Assembly (NCBI GenBank): GCA_963796685.1
Contig: CAWCMR010000005.1
Location: 361,513-425,512 of the forward strand
Reading direction: 5' to 3'
DNA from: an uncultured delta proteobacterium
Lineage (GTDB): Bacteria; Myxococcota_A; Polyangia; Fen-1088
Length of the DNA stretch: 64,000 nt
Within the stretch, counting starts at the first letter, position 1. Each line of letters begins with the position of its first letter. This document shows positions 52,287 through 60,800 of the stretch, one piece after another. A program made the position numbers and the translations under genes. Under the pieces are notes generated by a model. The model did not search any database. It was not told the DNA's origin and saw nothing but the letters and a program-made list of their open reading frames with translations.

Positions 52287-53624
52287 TTGCGCGATCTCCG
52301 CGGGTTGGGCTCGTTGAAGAAGAAACTCACTCTGGCACCGCTGGTGGCGGCGACCTACTTCATGGTCGCCGGGGGTCCGTACGGTCTCGAGGAGCTGCTG
52401 CACAAGAGCGGCTACCAGGCCGCCGTCGCCATCTTGTTGCTCGTGCCCCTGCTGTGGTGCGTGCCCACCACCCTGATGGTCGGCGAGCTGGCCAGCGCTT
52501 TGCCCGAGGAGGGCGGCTACTACGTATGGGTCCGGCGCGCACTGGGGCCGTTCTGGGGCTTTCAAGAAGCGTGGCTCTCCCTGTGCGCCAGCGTATTCGA
52601 CATGGCCATCTACCCCACCCTGTTCGTGCTGTATCTCGGCCGGATGTGGCCGGGCGTCGTCAGCGGACCGGCGGCTTTGACTATCGGCGTAGGCGTGGTG
52701 GTCACGTGCGCGGCCGTGAACCTGCGTGGCGCGCGCACCGTGGGTGGCGCCTCCGAGTGGATGGCCGTGCTGCTGCTCGGGCCCTTCGCGATCCTGTGCG
52801 CGCTGGCCTGGTTCGGACCGGCCCACCCGGCAGCCGTCCAGCCGGTCGTTGGTGCGCGCGGTGGCAACTTCCTGGGCGGTGTGCTCATCGCCATGTGGAA
52901 CTTCATGGGTTGGGACAACGCCTCGACCGTGGCCGGCGAGGTGGAGCGTCCGCGGCGCGACTATCCGCGGGCCATGCTGGCCGCCACCGCGCTCGTCGTG
53001 CTGACCTATGTCGTTCCGGTCCTGGCCGCGCCACGAACCGGCCTTTCGCCCGAGGCGTGGACGACGGGTTCGTGGGTGGACGCCGGACGCCTCCTCGGCG
53101 GAGCGCCGCTGGCGCTGGCCATCGCGGTGGGCGGCATGGCGTGCGGCCTGGGCATGATGGACGCGCTCGTCATGTCCTACTCGCGCCTGCCCATGGTGAT
53201 GGCCCAGGAGGGCTACCTGCCGCGCATCTTCGCGCGCCAGCTCCCCGGTACGGGAGCGCCGTGGGTGTCCATCGTCGGCTTGTCCATCGCCTGGTCCCTG
53301 GCCCTGACCTTGGGGTTCGAGCGGCTCATCGAGCTGGACGTGATTCTGTACGGCCTGGCGTTGGTGCTGGAATTCTTGGCCCTGGTGGTTCTGCGCGTGC
53401 GCGAGCCCGACCTACCCCGCCCTTTCCGCGTTCCAGGTGGAATACCCGCGACGGCGCTTCTCGGCGTGGGGCCCGCCGTGCTCCTCGCCCTCGCCTTCGC
53501 CGGCGAACACCACGATCACCCGGACCAGATCGGCGGCGTGGTTCTCGGCGTGGGCCTGGCCTTCGCCGGACCGATGGTCTACGCCGTGGCGGCCGGATTC
53601 CGCCGCCTCGCGCGGCCTGGGTAG
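52287..53624 (+). CDS. APC-family amino acid/polyamine permease
   Basis: GGPYGLE, ELASALPEEGGYYVW, WNFMGWDNASTVAGEV, RPFRVPGG. Confidence 0.92.
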   Translation: MRDLRGLGSLKKKLTLAPLVAATYFMVAGGPYGLEELLHKSGYQAAVAILLLVPLLWCVPTTLMVGELASALPEEGGYYVWVRRALGPFWGFQEAWLSLCASVFDMAIYPTLFVLYLGRMWPGVVSGPAALTIGVGVVVTCAAVNLRGARTVGGASEWMAVLLLGPFAILCALAWFGPAHPAAVQPVVGARGGNFLGGVLIAMWNFMGWDNASTVAGEVERPRRDYPRAMLAATALVVLTYVVPVLAAPRTGLSPEAWTTGSWVDAGRLLGGAPLALAIAVGGMACGLGMMDALVMSYSRLPMVMAQEGYLPRIFARQLPGTGAPWVSIVGLSIAWSLALTLGFERLIELDVILYGLALVLEFLALVVLRVREPDLPRPFRVPGGIPATALLGVGPAVLLALAFAGEHHDHPDQIGGVVLGVGLAFAGPMVYAVAAGFRRLARPG

Positions 53625-53901
53625 TAAGAGCCAGCCCTTTCAAGGTGTTCGCTGGGCCTAGATCCTCGCCTCTCCCCGACGGTCCCCGACGGGGAGAGGC
53701 CGACGACGTCTGCGTCGGCGGGTGAGGGGGCACTCGCGCAAGGGCGACTTCTTCTGCCCCTCACCGGCCGCGCTTCGCGCGGCGCCCTCTCCCCGCGTGA
53801 CCGCGGGGCGAGGGGATGTGGCCGCTGCGCGGCCTCCGGGAAGCAAATCCCGGTTTCAGGTGCGGGCCTCTCAACACCTTGAAAGGGCTGGCACCTACTA
53901 C
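53621..53901. repeat. Composite REPIN/MITE-like element
   Basis: 29-bp terminal inverted repeats GTAGTA(AGA/GGT)GCCAGCCCTTTCAAGGTGTT enclosing two CCCTCACC-family hairpins. Confidence 0.7.
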
Positions 53902-53914
53902 GGATGGCGGCCTT

Positions 53915-55015
53915 CTAGTGGTGATATAGGATCGGTGCGCGCTTGCCTTGCGCGGCGGCCACGAGGGTCTTTTCCAGACTGGCCAGGAGATCCTTGTTGC
54001 CGTCCTGGTGGTAGCCGGCCAGGCGGCGCTCGCAGTCGGGCAGGCGCTCGATGAATTGGCCGAGCCTCTCGTCATCGATCGCGTCGGCGGCCAAGCCGTA
54101 GCCCTCGCGCTCGAGGTAGCGCGCGTTCAGGACTTGCTCGAATTGACCCTGGATCGGCACCGCCAGTATGGGGCGGTGCAAGTACACCGCCTCGCCCAGC
54201 AAGGTGAAGCCCGCGCTCGCCACCACGCCAGCGGCAGTGCGGAGGTCGTCGATGAAGGTCGCCTCGGAAAAGGGCCGGAAGCGCAGGTTGCCGTCGACGA
54301 GGTCGCTCTGGATATCCCGGCGCAGGCCATAGACGCGGCACTCGCGTCCACTACGCTTCAGGATCTCGGGCAGCGCCGTGTTGGAGGTCGAGGTTTGGTA
54401 CACGAGCAGGTGCCGGCCGGGCTCGGGGCGCGCGGCCAGGATCTCCGGGCGCAGGATGGGCGGGTGCAACGAGGTATTGGGCTTGCGCGTGGGAGGATAG
54501 AAGAAGGTCGTGATGTGGTAGTGGAACGCGCCCGGAATCTTGGCCTTGACCACGGCATTGGTCAGGCGGTAATCGGCCTCGCAGCCGGCCAGGAGCTCGG
54601 GCGCGTGTGCACAGCGGTTGATGATCTGCATGTTGTCCACGGAGATCACCGGCAGCTCGTGGCGCAGGCCGAAGAGATAGCTCCAGGTTTCGAAATCGGA
54701 GATCACGACCTCGGGCTTGAACTCTTCGCTGATTTCCAGGTAGGCGCGGATGTTCTTGGGCAGCCCGGTCAGCGCCCCCTTCGCGTTCTGCACCACGGTG
54801 CGCCACTTCTGCACCTCGTTGTCCTCGTAGGCGAGGGTGTAGCCCCAGATCTTCTTCACCGACAGGACCTCGCTGGCCCGCTTGGCCAGGTAGTCGTGCG
54901 CGCGGCCCGACACCACGACCTGAACCTCGTGCTTGGCGGTCAGCGCGTCCAGCACCACGCGCGAGCGCATGGCGTGCCCCATGCCCTCGCCCACGACCCC
55001 GTAGAGAATTCGCAT
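53915..55015 (-). CDS. GT-B glycosyltransferase (MJ1255/VC2487-like)
   Basis: [46 protein letters not shown]. Confidence 0.88.
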   Translation of the reverse strand: MRILYGVVGEGMGHAMRSRVVLDALTAKHEVQVVVSGRAHDYLAKRASEVLSVKKIWGYTLAYEDNEVQKWRTVVQNAKGALTGLPKNIRAYLEISEEFKPEVVISDFETWSYLFGLRHELPVISVDNMQIINRCAHAPELLAGCEADYRLTNAVVKAKIPGAFHYHITTFFYPPTRKPNTSLHPPILRPEILAARPEPGRHLLVYQTSTSNTALPEILKRSGRECRVYGLRRDIQSDLVDGNLRFRPFSEATFIDDLRTAAGVVASAGFTLLGEAVYLHRPILAVPIQGQFEQVLNARYLEREGYGLAADAIDDERLGQFIERLPDCERRLAGYHQDGNKDLLASLEKTLVAAAQGKRAPILYHH

Positions 55016-55111
55016 GGTCTGATTATGGTAGCACCTTCCAGAGCCACGCGAGGTTTCGTGCCATGAGCTCGTGATAGACTCGCCGCGGGCGCGACGGGAA
55101 AGGAAGAGACC

Positions 55112-55753
55112 TTGAGCGAACCTGCACTTTGGGCGTCCATTCTGGCAACCCTGCCGGGGACGTTCTTGCTTTTCGGCTACGCGCTGCTGTTCGCCCTGGT
55201 CGAGATCGAAATCGAAGGGAAAGACGGCTGGGCCATGAGCCTGCCGACCTGGTATCGGCGCACGCCCTTCTACGCGCGGGTCTATGCCCTCTTGCTGTCG
55301 GGCAAACCCCTCACTGGCTACCACGCGGTGATGTTCTTCATCCCGTTCGTCAGCTTTCATATCGGCCTGGCTTTCGGCCAGCCCTGGTCGTGGGGCCTGG
55401 AGGCGCGCGTGGTCGCAAGCTACCTGGTGTGGAACGTGACCTGGGATTTCCTGTGGTTCGTGCTCAACCCCCATTTCGGCCGGGCACGCTTTCGCAAAGG
55501 CCAGATCTGGTGGCACGGCGGCGTGTGGCTCGGCCGCATGCCCATCGATTACGTCCATGCCCTCTGGCTCTCCTTCCTGGTCGCGTGCTTGCCGTGGCTC
55601 GTGCGCGGAAACGCCAGCACCGTGCAACGGCACGCAATGTTCGTCGCCGGCATGGCAGTGTTGACGGCGGTGGCGACCATCGCGGCGCCGCTTTACCAGC
55701 GATGGTACCGGCATATGCGGCGGCCAGGCAGCGACGAACGGCCGGGGAATTGA
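55112..55753 (+). CDS. Hypothetical membrane protein
   Basis: Several TM segments; EIEIEGKDGWA, WDFLWFVLNP. Confidence 0.7.
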   Translation: MSEPALWASILATLPGTFLLFGYALLFALVEIEIEGKDGWAMSLPTWYRRTPFYARVYALLLSGKPLTGYHAVMFFIPFVSFHIGLAFGQPWSWGLEARVVASYLVWNVTWDFLWFVLNPHFGRARFRKGQIWWHGGVWLGRMPIDYVHALWLSFLVACLPWLVRGNASTVQRHAMFVAGMAVLTAVATIAAPLYQRWYRHMRRPGSDERPGN

Positions 55754-56116
55754 CCCGATCTTCGAAGTTATACCAGCTTATTCCTTGCCGCTCACCTGGA
55801 GTAACATGGGGTCGCAGGAGGGCAAAGTGACTGACACGCCGACGAAGCCGTCCGAGCCAAACGCCGACTTGCTCGGCCGCGGCCCAGGTTCGCTCAGGTG
55901 GGGCGCCATCGCCCTCGGCGTCGCCGTGGATGTCGGCGCGACCCAGCTATGCGTGACCGCCATCTCGATGGTGGTCGGAATTCGCGCCACCATTCGGCAG
56001 CCCACGTCTTCGCTCGATCCATCGGCAGCGCAAACCGCCTGGCAATTCGCCCTGTCCGGGCAACAGCTCCACAGCCCCGCCCCCGCCCGCAAAGCCCACC
56101 AGTCGCCGCTGCGGTA

Positions 56117-56422
56117 ATGCTATTCTTCGTAGCGTCGAAATATCTGGAAACCCTGATGGGTGGCCCGCTGACCCTTGGAGCAGCTCTTTCAGGGTTGCGC
56201 GAGGCGGACGAACACAGTTTGGCCGAGTTCGCGAAGGCTCTCGGAGTTTCGAGGTCATACCTCTGTGACATCGAGCAGGGGCGCCGTGCAGTAAGTCCAG
56301 AACGGGCGGCTCGTTTCGCTCGGGCGCTCGGCCAGAACGAGGCTCAGTTTGTGAGACTGGCGCTCCAGGACCAAGTCCGAGGCGCCGGGTTGAAGCTGAC
56401 CGTAGAGGTAAAAGCCGCGTGA
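56117..56422 (+). CDS. XRE HTH regulator (HigA-like), toxin absent
   Basis: FAKALGVSRSYLCDIEQGRR...FVRLALQD. Confidence 0.78.
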   Translation: MLFFVASKYLETLMGGPLTLGAALSGLREADEHSLAEFAKALGVSRSYLCDIEQGRRAVSPERAARFARALGQNEAQFVRLALQDQVRGAGLKLTVEVKAA

Positions 56423-56480
56423 AGGCGCTCCGCGGACGGCCGCCCGCGCGTTAACGCTAAATCGTTCGACCGTCGTAGCT

Positions 56481-56840
56481 TCAAGCGAACTTGAGGAGAC
56501 GAGAACCTCGGATCCGGCGGTCGCGAGTTATGAGTGGGATTTGGTGGACGATACTGGTTGCTGCGATCAGTTCATCCGCAGGATCGCTTTTGAAATCGAG
56601 CCTGGTCGACTGAATGCTCACGGCAAGGTCGATTGGCCAGACGTGAATGCTGGAAAGAGTTCTTGTGAAATCTGCGTCGTCGAGGTCGACATCGATCCGA
56701 CCAAGCTGCGCGAGCTTGGCGAGTTCCCAGAGCACAATTGCCGAAACGCTCCAAGTGTTCGATGCTAGAATTCGTCGCTCCTTGTCGGTCACATCGCCCG
56801 TCAGGGCGAAGACGAGGATATGCGTATCGACGTTAACCAT
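56481..56840 (-). CDS. vapC: PIN toxin
   Basis: DTHILVF, SAIVLWE, DPADELIAATS, LITRD. Confidence 0.9.
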   Translation of the reverse strand: MVNVDTHILVFALTGDVTDKERRILASNTWSVSAIVLWELAKLAQLGRIDVDLDDADFTRTLSSIHVWPIDLAVSIQSTRLDFKSDPADELIAATSIVHQIPLITRDRRIRGSRLLKFA

Positions 56841-57051
56841 GGGCTTCCCAGGTGACCCCTGTGGACTGAATGTCACCCTTCACCCGGATGCGACCGCGAA
56901 AAGCGCCGATAAGATCAGCCGAGGCACGCCCGGCTGGGATGATTCGCGCGACAGGCTTGCCGTGCTTCGTGATCACAAGTCCATCCGGCTCAAGATGATC
57001 GAGGATCGAAAGGCACTGCTCCTTGAATTTTGCGGCTGCTAGCGTCTTCAT
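56833..57051 (-). CDS. Phd/YefM antitoxin
   Basis: AAKFKEQCLSILD...ITKHGKPVARIIP. Confidence 0.9.
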   Translation of the reverse strand: MKTLAAAKFKEQCLSILDHLEPDGLVITKHGKPVARIIPAGRASADLIGAFRGRIRVKGDIQSTGVTWEAHG

Positions 57052-57052
57052 A

Positions 57053-57084
57053 GACAGAATATACGACCAGTTATATATTCTGTC
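57053..57084. promoter_or_regulatory. TA operator palindrome
   Basis: GACAGAATATA-N10-TATATTCTGTC perfect 11-bp inverted repeat next to the antitoxin start. Confidence 0.7.
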
Positions 57085-57117
57085 CATACCTGTGTGCGGA
57101 CGCTGTCGAACAAGCCG

Positions 57118-57677
57118 TTAGGCTGACAGTCCCGATCGGTTTGTCACGATCACACCACGCGGAAGTAGAGCCGCTAGCCGCTCGAAATCGGGTTGGAGAG
57201 CACGCACTACCGCTTCACTCTCAACCTCGACAAGGTAGTCGAACACATTCTTGGCCGTATGGCCGACCGGGCCCCGATCGCCTCCGTCAGTCCCGCCGGA
57301 GCCGCACACGCCTGCGCGGCAATGGCGGGAAAGTCCATCACGATCCGATCGCTCCAGCGCTGGGCTGTGAGCAGGCCGCTCCGCGTTTGGAAATGTGCCG
57401 CCTCTGTCTCGCGTAGCCGTCCTGACTCCCAAAGAAGGTGTGCGCTCGCCAGCGTAGCGTGCCCGCAGAGCTCGACCTCGACGGTCGGTGTGAACCATCG
57501 CAAGCGAAACACGTCACCTTCGGGGAACAAAAAGGCCGTTTCCGAGAGGTTCATCTCTCTCGCGACAAGCCTCATCCAGCGGTCGTCCGCCGGCTGGTCC
57601 AGGACGCACACCGCCGCCGGATTGCCGGTGAAAGGTTGACTAGTAAATGCATCCACGATGACGATCGATTGGCCCAT
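57118..57677 (-). pseudogene. PhzF-family isomerase, frameshifted and 3'-truncated
   Basis: VDAFT..PFTGNPAAV, NLSETAF, EVELCGHATLA; frame change near 57260; EDPVTG motif absent. Confidence 0.8.
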
Positions 57678-57854
57678 GTGCGGTGTCGGGAGCATAGCCC
57701 ATTGGCGGCGGTGCGACCTAACAGAGGACCGGGTTCTCCACTCGGGGGCGGTAAGAAAGCGTTGCCTCGGCACGCCGCCTTTGAGATCCGATCTTCCGCG
57801 GTTGTGGTTTCCACCCTGCCCCGCCGGCACTACACTCGGCGGCTGGAGGTCTTC

Positions 57855-60800
57855 ATGCGTCGTTTGCTTGCCATGCTTGTCCGAGCCCTGACAGCCGCCT
57901 TGGGCCGTTGGGATCCGCCGCCGTGGGTGCGCTGGAATGGCCGACAGGCGAGGCGCGGCGGTGTCTGGGCCTGGGGCCACAAGGTCAAGGCGACATGCCT
58001 CGTCGTCGCGCTGGTCGGTGCCTCGCTGGGCGGTGTCTACGGTTGGCGCTGGTGGCAGGGGCGACCCAAGCCCGCGACGGTGGCCGTGCACGTGTTCGAA
58101 CCGGGGCTGACCCCGATTGGCGAGAAGGCCACGCCGCGCCCGCTGCGCGTGGAGTTCTCGGCCTCGGCCGCGCCGCTCAAGGCGGTGGGCACGGTGGTCA
58201 AGAAGGGCATCGTCGTCGACCCGAAGATCGACGGCATCTGGAAGTGGGTCTCGGATCGCGAGCTCGAGCTGCGCCCGCGCGAGGACTGGCCGGTGGGGCA
58301 GAAGTTCAGCGTGCGCTTCGAGCGCAAGGGCCTGGTCGCAAGCCACATCAAGCTGGCCAAGTACGACTTCGACTTCTCGACCGCACCTTTCGTTGCGCGC
58401 CTTCGGCAGGCCGAGTTCTACCAGGACCCGGTGGATCCCAATCTCAAGAAGATCGTCTCGGAATTCGCCTTCAGCCATCCCGTGGACGGGCCGTCGTTCG
58501 AGAAGAACATCAGGATGCGCTTCGAGCCCACCAACAAGGAAGAACGCAGCTTCGATCTGGAGGCGCACGTCACCTACGACAAGTGGAAGGCGCGCGCCTT
58601 CGTGCACTCGAATCCCTTCGCGCTGCCGCAGAAGGACGCGCTGGTCACACTGCGCCTCCTGCCCGGCAGCCAGGCCGCGCGCGGCGGGCCCGCCATGGAC
58701 AAGCCCATCGAGCAGAAGGTCCGGGTGCCGGGCCTGTACAACTTCTTCCGCGTCAGCTCGACGCAGATCCAGATCGTCGACAACCCGCGCATGGAGCCCG
58801 AGCAGATCCTGGTCATGCAATTGTCGACGGCGGCGACGGAAAAGGAGATCGGTAAGAGCTTCGAGGCCTGGCTCTTGCCGACCAAGAACCCGCACGACGA
58901 GAGCAAGCACAAGGGCGCCTACCGCTGGGACAACCCCGAGTCGGTGGACGGCGAGGTGCTGGGCAAGGGCAAACGGTTGGCGTTGACCCAGCTGCCGGCC
59001 GAGAAGGAGCTCTCGTCCGACCACAGCTTCCGCTTTCACGCCGATCCGGGACGCTTCATCTACTTGCGCCTGAAAAAGGGCGTGCAGGCCTTCGGCGGCT
59101 ACATCCTGGGCGAGGACCACCAGGCGATCCTCGAGGTTCCGCCCTTCCCGCGCCAGGTGAAGCTGCTGCACAGCGGCTCCCTACTGGCGCTGAGCGGGCA
59201 GCGCAAGCTGTCGGTGTTCGTGCGTGACGTGCCCGGCCTGCGCTTCGAGGTCGCGCGCGTCCTGTCCGAGCAGATCCACCACGTGTTCAGCTTCAACAAC
59301 GGCTCGTTCTCGAAACCCAGCCTGCAATACCCCGTCACCCAGGAACACCTGGCCGAGATCGAAGTCGAGACGCGGGAGGTGACGGCGCCGCCCGGCAAGC
59401 CGGCCTACGAGACCTTGGATCTCGGCAAGTACCTCGACGGCAGCTCCGGGGCGCGGCGCGGCCTGTTCTTCATCAAGGTGGAAAGCTGGAGCCCGCAGAC
59501 GAAACAGACCATGGGCGAGGCCGACACGCGCCTGGTGTTGGTGTCCGATCTCGGCATCCTGTCCAAGGAAGCCGGCGACGGCAGCCACGACGTGTTCGTG
59601 CAGTCGATCCAGACCGGCAAGCCCGTGGCCGGCGCGCACGTGCAGGTCATCGGCCGCAACGGCCAACCCGTGCTCGGCCAGACCACCGACGGCGAAGGCC
59701 ACGCGCGTCTGCCGTCGCTGCGCGATCTGCGCCAGGAGAAGGCGCCCACCATGTTCCTGGTGACGCTGGGTCGCGACACCTCGTTCTTGCCCTATGGCCG
59801 CCAGGATCGGCTGCTCGACATGAGCCGCTTCGACGTGGGCGGGGTGACCGACTCCGAGAGCAACCAGGGACTGTCGGCCTACGTGTTCTCCGAGCGCGGC
59901 CTGTACCGCCCGGGCGATGAGATCCATATCGGCGCCCTGGTACGCAGCCGCGACCTTGGCCAGGATCTGTCGGGGCTGCCGCTGGAAATGGTAGTCAGCG
60001 ACGCGCGCGGCATGGAGGTAAAACGCCAGCGCTTCAAGCTCGGCGCCACGGGCCTGGAAGAATTCTCGCACCGCACGCGCGAGGAATCCCCCACCGGCAA
60101 CTACACGGTGTCGCTGTACACGGTCAAGGACGGCCGCGCCGACAGCCAGATCGGCAGCACCTCGGTCACCGTGCGCGAGTTCCTGCCCGACCGCATGACC
60201 ATCCACAGCAGCTTCTCGCTGGAGAACCCGGCGGGCTGGGTGACGCCCAAGGGCCTCGAAGGTCGGGTCAGCCTGGCCAATCTCTTCGGCACGCCCGCGA
60301 CCGACCGCCGCATCCGGGCCAAGCTCATCCTGACGCCCGGCATGCCGTCGTTCCCGTCGCTGCGCGATTTCCATTTCTACAATCCGCAAAAGAACATCGA
60401 GCCCACGGAGCAGCAATTGCCCGATGGGAAGACCGACGCCGAAGGAAAGGCCACGGTCGCGCTCGGGCTCGACCGCTTCGCCGATGCGACCTATCGCCTG
60501 ACCCTGGTGACCGAAGGCTTCGAGGCCGAGGGCGGGCGCTCGGTGACGTCCGAGGCCTCCACCGTCGTGTCGCCGCGGCCGTGGCTCATCGGGTACAAGA
60601 GCGACGGCGACTTGCAGTATGTGAACAAGGACGCGGCCCGGGAGGTCGAGCTGGTCGCGGTGGGTCCCAAGGGCGCCAAGGTCGCGGCCGACAAGCTGCA
60701 GATGGTGGTGCTCGAACGCCGCTACGTCTCGTCGCTGGTGCGCCTGGAAAACGGGACCTTCCGCTACCAATCGGTGCGCAAGGACGTGGAGGTGTCGCGC

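Noticed and set aside
55785-56117. 110-aa ORF upstream of the XRE gene as a HigB toxin
   Set aside because: Contains a hydrophobic segment and no RelE/HigB features; probably a fragment of a membrane-protein gene.
57207-59171. 654-aa minus-strand ORF as a PhzF fusion
   Set aside because: Only the last ~155 aa are PhzF-like; the rest is antisense to the A2M gene.
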